This document shows, in pieces, positions 23,831-35,749 of a DNA stretch of 53,258 nt; the stretch's first letter is position 1, and every line of letters starts with the position of its first letter. The position numbers and the translations under genes were made by a program. The stretch spans positions 24,765,416 through 24,818,673 of the forward strand of contig NC_068985.1 of assembly GCF_001194135.2 (NCBI RefSeq), read 5' to 3'. A model generated the notes under the pieces. The model saw only the letters and a program-made list of their open reading frames with translations. It was not told the origin of the DNA and made no database searches. The stretch is from Octopus bimaculoides. Taxonomy: Eukaryota.

Positions 23831-26544
23831 CAGGCAGCAACACTGTCCCAGATGCAGTAGCTATATGTCTAAAGGCCCAGAGATTGTGGTGCATTGCTTT
23901 ATCAAGGTTCATTTGTAGGCAAGAAAACCCTTCAGCAATGACCATCCAATCCCATTACAAGACATAGTGTATATTGAAATATTATTCAAATGTCCTTTTC
24001 TGAAGACAGTAGAATATAATTTGAATGAGATTCAGCTGCTATTTTTAGCAGCTCAAGTGACCACACAGGTTTCTTCCTGGCTTAGTACAAAAGTAAAACT
24101 GTAGCAATGTTAGTAACATAGATTTCAAAATTCCAGTGTCATCTAGAAAGTGGGCTTGGTTTTGACATATATATAGGAAGGAAGTAGGAACTTGGTAACG
24201 TATATGTGCAAAGTACAAAGGAATGATCATGCAAAAGAAACAGTGTATCTTTGAGCAGAGAACCAGGACTTTATGCTAAATATATAGAATAGTCAGCTGG
24301 GGAGACAATAAGAAAATGAACTTCCACCGATGTCACTGCATATCAAATATTTTTCTGTCTCTTATCTTTGCTTCAGTCAATGGCCAGTCACTACCTTGAA
24401 AATAAGTAATCAGGTCAATTTATTCTACCCCAGTACTTACTGTTTTTTTAAAGTTAGGTACTTATTCTATCAGTCTCTTTTGCAGAACTGCTAAGTCACA
24501 TGGATGTAAACAAACCAACACCAACTGTCAAGCAGTGGAGAGATAAACACAAACATGTGTATGCATATATATATATATATTACACACACTCACACATCAT
24601 TTGCATTTGTTTTCCCCACTGTTAAACACATATATTTAATATAATCTGAGCAGTAACCTCATAACATGCATTCAAGAGCTCATATGCCACATGCTTTTCT
24701 ACAGTAGGGTATATTCCTGGGTTGGATACACACGAGGAACTCCTCCATGCCTAAGATTAATATAAGAGTTATATAGCACAAGGATTAAAAATACCAGGCT
24801 TTCATAGCAAATCACAACAATTGTTTCTGCACCACACATCAGCCTTAAGTTGCTGAGCTTATATTCATATACAATTATAGAAGATCATTCTTTATAATTT
24901 ACTCTACAGTGAAATATTTTTCAGCAACAAATATTTTTCAGGTGGAATACAATCGAGCACTGTAGAATTTTTCTGGATTCTCTTGGTATATGATGCACAT
25001 TACTCCTCACCAATCGAATTATTAGATTCCATTGGGGAAACAAGAACAAATAGGGAAATAACGTCGCAATAACAGCACCAACAACAACAATAACAGAATA
25101 AAGCAACCTTCATGGTACTCATAGCAGCAAGATAAGAATTTAAAAATATATTTTTTCATCACTACTTTCAGTATCATGAAGGCTTGCCTTTATTCTGTTG
25201 TGTTAGTGAAACTAAGTCGCTGGAAGGCCAAAGCCAGCTCTTCAACCACAAACCCACCCATGCTTTCCCTCCTGCCTCTTTTTTTTATTATTTTCTTTTT
25301 TATTTTTATAATCACAAGAGTAAAATGAGTTTGATGTGGAGTTTCAGGAAGCTACTGTCGCTATTACCAACAAGGATTTCTTTCTTTGTGTAAGAGACAG
25401 ACACTATAGTAAGTGTTTAACAAGATTCTTATTTGTTAGATAGTAGCGAGAAATGAGCACTGCACAAATATGAAAGATCTGCCAAATCTGGAGCGAAATA
25501 AACCAGGCAGCTGTGAAACATTGCATGGATATGATATAATATAATGCTAACTTTCATGAAAGTTGAGCTCAAGAGAAGGACTTGCCATTAACCCTTTTGA
25601 TTCCAACCTACCCAAAACTACTCTTGATTACATGGTACAAACTTCCAAACATCAATACAAGGTTATTTTATTAATGTTGACTGCTTTTATTTAATGTGAT
25701 CCTAAGTAGCAATATATAGAAATAGGAATGAAATACCACAATAAGAGATTGTTGTACAGGATGGTGTGTGTGTGGGTGAGAGAGAGAGAGAGAGAGAGAA
25801 AGTGATGTGAAATTTATTCATAGTGAATCTAATATGAGTAAAAATTAGAGGAAATAGCTATAAAGATTTGTTGGAGGAATGTTAAAACAGAGGAAACTGT
25901 ATAGTCTTGCAGAGATGCTGAAATCTTGATTCAGTTTGGTGCTTTTTTTGCTACTCTACAAACAAGATTGAGCAGGATGTTGTGTCAAAAGAGATAAGTA
26001 AATGAGATGCAATAGTAAAAGCCTTTCAATAATATTCCAAGAAATGAAGGTGAGAGGATAAAAAGAAAACAAAAACAGCAAATGTAGCTTAGTATAGATT
26101 GAAGCTGGATGAGTTAACTGTATTTGTGTGTTGTGTTAGATCATGGTCCTTCTTACACAATATTCTTTATAAGACAGCTTCAAGAAAATTATTTAATAAA
26201 GATGCTATGCTTTATATTTGATGTGTTACAGAAAACTTTTGATAAACTCCTAAACTCTGGTGGACAGTGAGAAGTTAACTGAATGACCAAATATGTGAGG
26301 GGTCCTAAATTAACACTGAGTTAGGCAATTATGTAGTAGGGCATCCTCCTTATAGTGAACACTCATTCTCTACATTCTAAGACAGACCATAATGGAATTC
26401 ATCACTGGGCGTTCATAGGTGCTTTAATTTAGTGAACCTGATTCTAATTTTAGAATTTGTTAAAGAACTGATCAAAGATTTGAATTGAAAGATCTAAAGG
26501 TTAACCAAACAAGCAGTAAGGTATGAAAGTGGCTGTGTGGTAAG

Positions 26545-26795
26545 CAGGGCTGTGGAGTTGAAACAAAAACTTCGACTCTGACTCCTGCACTATTGGCACC
26601 TCTGACTCCTCTTTATGTAATTAAGTGATTGTGGTCTACATATCTCATAAAAGCATGTGCATACGCTTGTACTTTGAGTAGGCTATATGTTGTAACTGGT
26701 TTATATTAAAGAATAAAGATATTGTGAGTCGGAATCAGAGTCGGTATAGTTTTACCAACTCCGACTCCAGCTACCCCTTAATTGTTTCTGACTTC
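26545..26795. mobile_element. hAT-like MITE nested in a SINE A head
   Basis: Begins cagggctgtggagt, with subterminal gactcc/gagtcgg repeats; SINE A sequence on both sides (26530-26544, 26798-26875); right end decayed. Confidence 0.55.
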
Positions 26796-27069
26796 TAAGC
26801 CTCAAACTGACCAAAGCATTGTGAGTGGATTTGGTAGATGGAAACTGAAAGAAACCCATTGTGTGGTGGTGGTGATGCATACTGTATAAAAAAGAGTTCT
26901 GTTAATACTCATGCTTTGAATAAAGATGCCGACACACTCCCTATAAAATAGGTAAATGGAAGCAGCAAATCTACTTTACTTTTACTGCTCTTAGAATAAT
27001 TACTTGATATCAATACATCAAGTCAAAACGTAGGTTAGTATTGTAAATCAAGAACAGAACCCTATAAGT

Positions 27070-27330
27070 GGTTGCTCAAGCTGCCATAAATAGCAGTCAA
27101 ATTGCCCACAATTCACATCCTAATGTCTTAAAACAGAAAGGATATCAGTGACAAAATGTCCACATGATCAGCTGACATGCTATAAATAGCAGACATGTCT
27201 TCCAAATCATGCCCTACTATCTTAAAAAGTAGTGACACATGGAAAAATATAGTCCTATATATACTGTGGATAAAAAAAATATACTATGGATGAAAGAAAA
27301 GATTGAAGCACCTTTGATCAATAATCCTGA
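27070..27330 (+). mobile_element. Family C, internally duplicated
   Basis: ataaatagcag...atcc(c)ta(a/c)t(g/a)tcttaaaa occurs twice. Confidence 0.5.
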
Positions 27331-27435
27331 TAGCTAAGAGTACAACAATAACAAATTAATATGATTCCATCAACAATTGGAGGTTTTTTGACAGATAAAT
27401 CATACAAAAAGAAGCTCTTTTAAAAACAATAATTA

Positions 27436-27645
27436 GTTTGGGGGAAATTTTTAACCTGGGTTCTCATTCCAAAGGTATTTTTCCATGTTACTATTACTAT
27501 TAAGGTCACTGCCTGGAATTGAACTCGGAATCTTGGGGCTAGTAGCCCGTGCTCTTAACTACTACGCCATATGTGTGCATATGGTGTAGTGGTTAAGAGC
27601 ACAGGCTACTAACCCCAAGATTCCGAGTTCAATTCCAAGCAGTGA

Positions 27646-27684
<39 letters not shown>

Positions 27685-27808
27685 TAATAATAATAATAAT
27701 AACAACAACATTGAAAACTACCCTAAGAATGAGAACCCAGGTTCGAAATTTTCCCAAGACACCTGATGAAGGCTAGAGGGTATATCAGCCAAAATGTTGT
27801 GTTAACAA
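27436..27808. mobile_element. Family F: head-to-head pair of tRNA-headed elements; right copy ends in a hammerhead-like motif
   Basis: 27436-27573 is the reverse complement of 27578-27760 apart from (AAT)n length; tggtgtagtgg A box-like, gagttcaattcc B box-like; gacac-CTGATGA-a-ggcta..cagcc-AAAA-tgtt-gtgtt. Confidence 0.75.
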
Positions 27809-28451
27809 TAGTTTATTTCTACAGCATTCTCAAGATTGCAGAAATAATTAATTATAAAATTTGATGAGTAATGGATGAAATTTCAACAAGTTTTGTACAA
27901 CTTTCTAAACTAGCATCAGCAGATCAAGTTTACATAACCATCCCATCTCCATTAAAAATGTCCTACATTTTGTATTGTTTTCTCTATTAATTTAGGGTAA
28001 CATTTTGTGTGGTTTTTTTTTTTGGTTCTTTTCTTTTACAATAACTTGCAAAAGAATGACTATACACCCTACTACATTGAAAACACTTGTTCTTGTCTGA
28101 TCATTAAGTTAATTAATGCTGAGCCTAGTTAGTAATTAGCTAGATGACCACTTTGGAAACTAGATACTGTAAGCAAAACGTTTAGTGCCCCAGCATGTCC
28201 ACAGCTTTTGGGATGGAACATATCAAGGAATAAAGGGATAACTATAAAAGTAAACCCAATAAAATTGTTTGAAAGGTAGTGGAAAATATTTTTACATGTT
28301 ATCCCTTTAGTTATCACAGTTATATTCAGATCATAAATTAACATAAATTATGTTTTTTGTTTTATATATATTCAGTATAAATAATTATATTTATTTAAGT
28401 AAAAAAGAATAGGCAAAATGACTGAATCTCCAGTAAAGTACTGAACTATCA

Positions 28452-29168
28452 ACTTATCATTGTCATCATTTAGCATCCACTGTCCATGCTGGCACGAGCT
28501 GGATGGTTTGACCAGGGCTGCACCAGACTCTAGTCTGATTTGGCATGGTTTCCACAGCTGGATTCCCTTCCTAACGCCAACCACTCTGAGAGTGTAATGG
28601 GTACTCTTACATGCCACTGGCACAGATGCCAGTTGTGTGACACCAGTAGCTGCCACAGGCTTGATGGGCCTTTTCAAGCACTGTATATTGCTAAAGGTTT
28701 TGGTCATTTGCCGTTGCTTCCATGAGGCCCAGAAGGTGCTTTTTATGTGCCACCAGCATGGTTGCTAGTTCTGCAACACCAGCATTGGCCACATTGCCTC
28801 CATGAGGCCCAACGCTCAAAAGGTGCTTTGTACATGCCACTGGCACAGGTGCCAGTTATGGGACACTTACAATGGCCACAACTATGATTCCACTTGGTTT
28901 GATGGGTCTTCTCAAGCAGAGCATATCGCCAAAGGTCTTGGTCACTAATCATTGCTTCCATGAGGCCCAACGTTTGAAGATCATGCTTCACTACCTTGTC
29001 CCATGTCTTCCTGGGTCTCCCTCTTCCACAGCTTCCTTCCACTGTTAGGGTGTGACACTTCTTCACACAATTGTCCACATCCATATGCATCACACGACCA
29101 TATCAACACAGTCATCTCTCTTGCACACCACATCTGATGCCTCTTGTGCCCAACTTTTCTCTCAACTC
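28452..29168 (-). mobile_element. 5'-truncated RTE LINE (ORF end plus 3' UTR)
   Basis: ELREKLGTRGIRCGVQER*LC*YGRVMHMD...EGSCGRGRPRKTWDKVVKHDLQTLGL...DQDLWR, the RTE RGRPxxxW...DRxxWR motif; (GAT)-type tail. Confidence 0.9.
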
Positions 29169-29832
29169 ATGGATAATAAGATCAGACACTACTCTGTTTA
29201 GTTCAACTTGTTTGTTGGTAACACACTTTATGTATAATTGCTTCACTTCAATTAGTTGCCCTTTTCTGTTTGTTCATTCGTTCTTGTTTTATTTTTTTAA
29301 CAAAGTAGAGAACTTAGCTTTATTTTTTTTTTTTTTTTCTTGTACATCACAAGAAATATCATTCCATCAGCAGATGGGTGAGAAATCAAAACAATAAGTC
29401 TGTTGATGCTAATAGGGTGAAGTTTCCAGATTAATAAATGGTATAAATATAGGTGGGCTTCTAACACATTTACACTGTTTGACATCATTTACTATTAAGA
29501 GAGCTAGCTGTTCTTCAATATCATCATCACCATCAGTTGCAAAAACAATTTCTGTAGGTACAGATAATCTATGTTGGTCATAGGCTAAGTTAAGTTAAAC
29601 AAGTACATTTATTTAGCAAAGTGTTGTGCACTAAAAAATTCAAGCTCTAATAACTATTTTAAGGTAGATCCAATCATAAACAAGACATATATATTTGTAA
29701 CACTTAGCTGAAGTGAAGATTTACAAAATAAAAATAACCCTAACAGAACAATTTTAGCTTATCACAGCATACATTATAAATAATTTACCAATATAATAAT
29801 ACATTAAAGAATATTTTATCAATAAGATAACT

Positions 29833-30154
29833 GGCACTCTGTCGGTTACGATGACAAGAGTTCCAGTTGATCTGATCAACGGAACAGCCTGCTCATGAAA
29901 TTAATGTGAATGTGGCTGAGCACTCCACAGACATGTGTACCTTTAATGTAGTTCTCAGGGACATTCAGCATTGATACACAGTGTGACAAGGCTGGACCTT
30001 TTGAATTACAGGTACTACTCATCTTTGCCAGCTGAGTTGACTGGAACAACATGAAATAAAGTGCTTTGCTCAAGAACACAACGCATTGCCAAGAATTGAA
30101 CTCATGACCTAACAATTGTAGGCCGAACACCCTAACCATTAAGCCACGCACCTT
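29833..30154 (-). mobile_element. tRNA-derived SINE family D with 11-bp TSD
   Basis: Head aaggtgcgtggcttaatggttagg, B box-like gagttcaattc; ttttatcaata at 29814-29824 and 30158-30168. Confidence 0.9.
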
Positions 30155-30241
30155 GACTTTTATCAATATAATGATACACCAAATAATACTTTATCAATAA
30201 GATAATACTTTAAAAAAAGGCTATTGTGAACACTGAAGAGA

Positions 30242-30455
30242 CTAACCCTTTCACATTTAAACCAACCATATCAGGCCCAAATATTTTACCTGTTTTGTGT
30301 TGAAACTGACCAGATCAGGCCTCTCACAACTACCCTGCAATGTCAAACGAATGCACCATCGAAATCTCAAAGCATGGTAATGTATGATTAATTCAAAACA
30401 GAGTGGATAAATAAGCATTACATTTGACAGGATAATATGAATGGTAAAGGGTTAA
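30242..30455. mobile_element. piggyBac-like MITE P2
   Basis: ctaa-ccctttcacatt ... aatggtaaaggg-TTAA. Confidence 0.8.
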
Positions 30456-30461
30456 AGTGTG

Positions 30462-30790
30462 AAGGTGCATGGCTCAGTGGTTAGAGCATTAGGCTCAAAA
30501 TTATGAGGTAGTGAGTTCAATTCCCAGTCCTGGCTGTGTGTTGTGTTCTTGAGCAAGACACTTTATTTTACACTGTTCCACTTTTACTCAGCTGTAGAAA
30601 TGAGTTGCGATATCATTGGTGCCAAGCTGTACTGGACTTTGCCTTTCCCTTGGATAATATCAGTGGCGTGGAGTGGGTACACTGGTATGCATGGGCAACT
30701 GTTGGTCTTCCATAAACAACTTTGCCTGAACTTGTGCCTCAGAGGGTAACTTTCTAGGTGCAATCCCATGGTAATTCATGACCAAAGGGT
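30462..30790 (+). mobile_element. SINE with D-like head and central block but different tail
   Basis: aaggtgcatggctcagtggttag, gagttcaattccc, tgttcttgagcaagacacttt. Confidence 0.7.
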
Positions 30791-32206
30791 GTTTTTACCA
30801 AATGGTTAACATGCTAAGCTCCTATCATACCAAATTTACAACCCCAGTTTCTTTCATTGACCACAGGCCAACAAAACCCACTCACAAGATCTTGACTGAT
30901 CTAAGAATATTAGTAAAAACATTCTGAACCTGAAACCACATGGTTGGTAACCAAACTTCTTGACCACATAGCTAAACCTGCACCATTAATTTCAAGTGTG
31001 TGTTTGAAAATAGCATGAATATCACTGAACCTCATTTCCTTTCAACTATGAAATCTAAGACATTGTAAATGTAAGAAATCAATAATGACACAATTGAGTT
31101 GAAAATTAATCCATGCAAACAGAATTCCATTGTGTTGTAGCTGTAATTAAGTAAATAAATCATTGTTTGGTTAAGGTACTGAACTATTTATTGATGTAAG
31201 GTTCTGGGAACAAACCTGGTTTATCTAAAGTTTAGTTACATCACTAGGTGCAGACTACTTTTGTTAAACTGGTCAAATTTTAAATTTAAATCTTGGGGTT
31301 GAAATTTTATTACACTAAAAAAAAAATATGATTTAAATAGGTAATTTTATTAATTTGAAAGTTATTTCACTAAACATCTTGTAATTCTTGATTATTTTAA
31401 AAATTTAAATACCAAGGCAAAAAGTATTCCTGTTAAAAATATAGTCAACAAAAGGATTAATAATTAATTCTTGATTATACACACAAACACACACAACAAG
31501 CTTCTTTCAGTTTCCTTCAACAAAATTCACTCCAAGAGCTTTGTTCAACCCAGAACTATAGTAGAAGATGCTTGCCGAAGGTGAAACACAGTGGGACTGA
31601 ACCTGAAACATTGGAGTTTAGAAGCAAACTTCTGAACCACATAGGTACACCATGCATGCACCTAGATATTTAGAATAGTATTCTCATCATTATCATTTAA
31701 CGCTTGTTTTCCATGCTGGCACGAGTTGGACAGCCTGACAGGAGCTGGCAAGCCAGAGGATTACACTAGGGTCCACTGTCTGTTTTGGGATGCTTTTTAC
31801 AGTTGGATGCCCTTCTTAAACATCAACCATTTTGCAGAATGGGCTGGGTCAAACTGTCCAACCCATGCCAGCATGGACAACAGACATTAAATGATGACGA
31901 TATATATNNNNNNNNNNNNNNNNNNNNNNNNNNNNNNNNNNNNNNNTATATATATATATATATATATATATATTCTTTCTTAACACAGTGTGGCAAGTTT
32001 GAACATGTATACCTAAACTACTGTTGTAATTACATCTTCCAAAACAAAATATGCTAAGAATGAATAAACATAATACTTATTGGATTCTTGCTGTTTTATG
32101 TGTTTATGATAATTTATTATCAATTAAATAGACATCAGTACACATCAGCAAATAATCTGTTTACTTAATTCTGTAAACAAAACCCACCAATCTTGCTTGG
32201 TTTCAG

Positions 32207-32316
32207 ATATCCAGGAGGAGTTTTGACTGAAGGGACACAACAAGTTCAAAACACCAGTGTTGTGTTATCAACTTTATCATTTGAATGGAGTTGCTCTCCA
32301 AAGGAAAAACACAACA
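32207..32316 (+). CDS. Candidate coding exon, unknown protein
   Basis: Acceptor cttgcttggtttcag, donor a/gtaatt, open frame YPGGVLTEGTQQVQNTSVVLSTLSFEWSCSPKEKHN. Confidence 0.3.
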
Positions 32317-32862
32317 GTAATTAATATATTCACATTCAAATCTGAACATATTAAGAAAGAACAGACAGCTCACTGCTTTGATCCTTGATCAAAGCAATGA
32401 TAATTCGTTTCATACATAAATTAGTGATTTAGTAATAACTTAGCTAACCATAAAATCACAACAGTGCCTATATCCATCTCAGATGGTCTGCAACAATCAC
32501 ATTTTCCTTGCTAATTCAACTAAATTTGTGAAGGCAATTAATGAGTGATTTTGCTTTTTAAATAATTTAAAATAGATGACCTGCAAAGCTAGACAGATTT
32601 TCACACATGGATGTTCAAGTTCGTTATTCAGTTTTAACCATTGTTGTCAAGATCAAGCAGAATTTCATTTTCTTCAACAATGATTAAATGATTGCTGAGG
32701 AAAGCAAACAACATCCAACTATAGGTTATTATCAAATCATTCCAGTTTCGAATCAATCATAATCCAATAATTCAACTGACGATTACAGTGACACAAGTGA
32801 AATAATAATTACTTAATATCAGTAAAAAGCTAGAAGAAACTTACTAATGCATACACTGCCTT

Positions 32863-32871
<9 letters not shown>

Positions 32872-32921
<50 letters not shown>

Positions 32922-33497
32922 CTTTTCTACTATAGGCACAAGGCCTGGAATTTGAGGGGAGGGGGATAGTCAATCACATTGACCCAGTGCTTGACTGGTA
33001 CTTAATTTATCAATCCTGAAAAGGTGAAAGGCAAAGTCAACCTAGGCAGAATAATAATAACAATAATAATAATCCTTTCTACTACAGGCACAAGGCCTGA
33101 AACGGGGGGGGGGGGNNNNNNNNNNACTACAGGCACAAGGCCTGAAACGGGGGGGGGGGGTAGTCGACTACATCAGCTCCAGTACACAACTGGTACTTAT
33201 TTTATCAACCCCAAAAAGATGAAAGGCAAAGTGGACCTCGGTAGAATAACAATAATAATAATCCTTTCTACTACAGGCACAAGGCCTGAAACTGGGGGGA
33301 GGAGGAGAGTCAATTACATCAACTCCAGTACACAACTGGTACTTATTTCATCAACCCCAAAAAGATGAAAGGCAAAGTCGACCTTGACGAAATGTGAACT
33401 CAGAATGTGAGGACAGATAAAATACCACTAAACATTTTTCACCCAGTGTGATAGCAATTTTTCAAGTTTGCCACCTTAATAATAATAATAATAATAA
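32872..33497 (-). mobile_element. Tandem cluster of SINE E units in (TAA)n
   Basis: Three to four units; one junction spans a 10-N gap. Confidence 0.85.
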
Positions 33498-33500
33498 ATT

Positions 33501-34126
33501 AATTGGAAATGTTATCATGTACATTGTTTTGTCTTGGTATAAAAAGATGGGCTACAGCAAATATTCTGCTTAATACCACAGATTTGCTTGTCAGTTGTTT
33601 TACCTTAACCAGTTGAGCATGTCCCTTGGTGGCTGATGATATGTGCATCTCTGATCATGAGCAGAAGTAGTGGGGGAGCATCATAGCCATGTGTTGAGAG
33701 GAGCTCTTTGGGGTTTGAATAATTCACCTTTGGAAACATGGGTGTTTTGCTCAACATCCTTAAACAAACCTTATTCAGGGACCTTTTGAGTGGAATGGAC
33801 TACTCGACCTGAAGAAAATTCTAACTGGGCCCCACCTGCAAGGTCATGCGCTGTTTATCTTGATATGAGATCACCATGTCGCGCACATATGGTTGTGATG
33901 CATGTGCCTGGTGTACCATTATCAGACGGGTAATCATGATGGGTATATTGGGCTTTGTATATTTTACCCCAGTGTCACTTTGATGGCATGCACTGCTCTC
34001 TCACTCAATAATAATAATAATAAATGTCCTGATGCAATACCAGGCAGTAGCTCTCAGGGCTTCTGATCTTAACTGATTGTAAGTGCTATCGTGTACATTG
34101 TTTTGTCTTGGTATGAAAGATGGGCT
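33501..34126 (-). mobile_element. Unclassified repeat H, two partial copies separated by (TTA)n
   Basis: 33501-33552 recurs at 34075-34126; minus strand ends cctggtattgcatcaggac-(att)n; snRNA-like segments (see findings). Confidence 0.6.
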
Positions 34127-34844
34127 CCTCTTCCTTGCATTTCCACTTCATGCACTATGTTTACCTTCCACTCCACAACCCTTCACGCACTATGCTTACC
34201 TTCCACAGTCCTCTTGGCCTTATCTCATTGTATCATTGTTCTCTGTTAGACCCTGACCTGTGTGTTCCTTCCCCACACACTGTTTCACTGTATCATTGTT
34301 ATCTACTAGCACCCAACATGTGTGTTCCATCCACATGTGACAAGAAAACTTTTCATACACACTACCCCAACAAACCAATCTACATCTCTTCTCTTCTTCA
34401 CATTTCATCCTTCATACACTATGCCTACCTCTCACTCTCCAATCCTATATCCTCACGGGGAGGGCCCCCCCCCATTTCGCTGTATCATTGCTATCCAGTA
34501 ACTTCCCCCCCCCCATACACCCACTCTATATATACCCAAATTTTCACCACTCACTTCCCCTTCCACAATCTCTATTCAAGATTCTTTCACAATATCCTGC
34601 TACTTATATTATGACCTTCGAACCTCAAGGGTGTGCCCTGGCACTTGCCACCATCTATATCTCCCTCTTCCTTTACTCAACCATCCCATTTATATTCTGA
34701 TCCCTGTCCCTTGTGAGTATGCCCAGCACGTTGCTACCATCTCTATCCTGCTGTCTCCCACTTTCTCCTTTTCTTGCACTTCCCTCAGGTTGGGTAGCCA
34801 TGCATCTACTTTGCAGTAGCACACCTGTTCCTGTTTTTATCTCT

Positions 34845-34889
<45 letters not shown>

Positions 34890-35039
34890 CCGGGTAACCT
34901 TGTACCTCTTCTACAGCAAGATACCTGTTTCTATTTGTCTGTCTCACTATAACCTTTCATCATCTAACACAAGATCACCTCCTCCAATGCCCCCTACATC
35001 TGAAAAGATTTTTTTGTTTCTTTTTTTTTTGTCTTGCAA

Positions 35040-35355
35040 GGTACTTGGTGACCCTGTCAGTGCAGGTCCCACTAAAGAAGCATCCAGTCCACACAGTAAA
35101 GGGTTGGTGATTGGAAGGACATTCAGCTGTAAAAACTTTGCCAAAACTGACCTTGCTTGTGCTTATGCCATGTAAAAAGCACTAAGTCCACACTGCTGGG
35201 TGGTTGTTGCTATGAAGGGCATCTAGCTGTAAAAATCCTGTCAAAACAGTCACAGAAGTCTAATACAGGTTTCTGCCTGGCCGGCTCCAGTCAAACTGTC
35301 CCACCCATGCCAGCATGGAAGGTGGACGTTAAACGATGGATGAAGATGATGATGA
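35040..35355 (+). mobile_element. RTE 3' tail (family B) with internal duplication
   Basis: gaaggacattcagctgtaaaa and gaagggcatctagctgtaaaa; ends gttaaacgatggatgaagatgatgat. Confidence 0.7.
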
Positions 35356-35422
35356 TATGTATGTATGTATATATCTGTGTGTTTCTCTCCCTCTCACCCC
35401 ACTGCTTGACAACCAGTGCTGA

Positions 35423-35548
35423 TACATTATTTACATTTGACAGATATTTGTCTTCATCTTGTTTGTTGTTAACACACGGGCATATGGTGTAGTGGTTAAG
35501 AGTGCAGGCCACTAACCCCAAGAGTCTGAGTTTGATTCCAAGCAGTGA

Positions 35549-35583
<35 letters not shown>

Positions 35584-35749
35584 TCGAAAAATACCTTAGG
35601 AAGAAGCCAGGTTCAAAATTTCCCGAAGACACCTGATGAAGGCTGGAGGGTATATCAACCGAAACGTGTTAACAACAAACAAGATGAAGACAAGTATCCA
35701 TCAAATGTAAATAATGTACATAATTCCTCATCTCTTAAATATAGAACTG
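35423..35749 (+). mobile_element. Family F element with inverted 3' fragment at its 5' end, nested in a SINE A 3' half
   Basis: 35423-35475 is the reverse complement of 35666-35718; tRNA-like head 35478-35550; hammerhead-like core 35628-35670; SINE A continues at about 35765. Confidence 0.8.

Noticed and set aside
27577-27650. tRNA-like sequences here and in other SINE heads
   Set aside because: No acceptor stem closure and they continue into repeat bodies; SINE heads, not tRNA genes
33080-33165. Short duplicated SINE E end
   Set aside because: Flanks a 10-N gap; likely an assembly artefact
33666-33678. gtagtggggga match to the U1 3' region, and a catggtgatctc match to 7SL nearby
   Set aside because: Single short matches, one on the opposite strand; they show how easily chance hits arise and were not counted as support for the snRNA-mosaic idea
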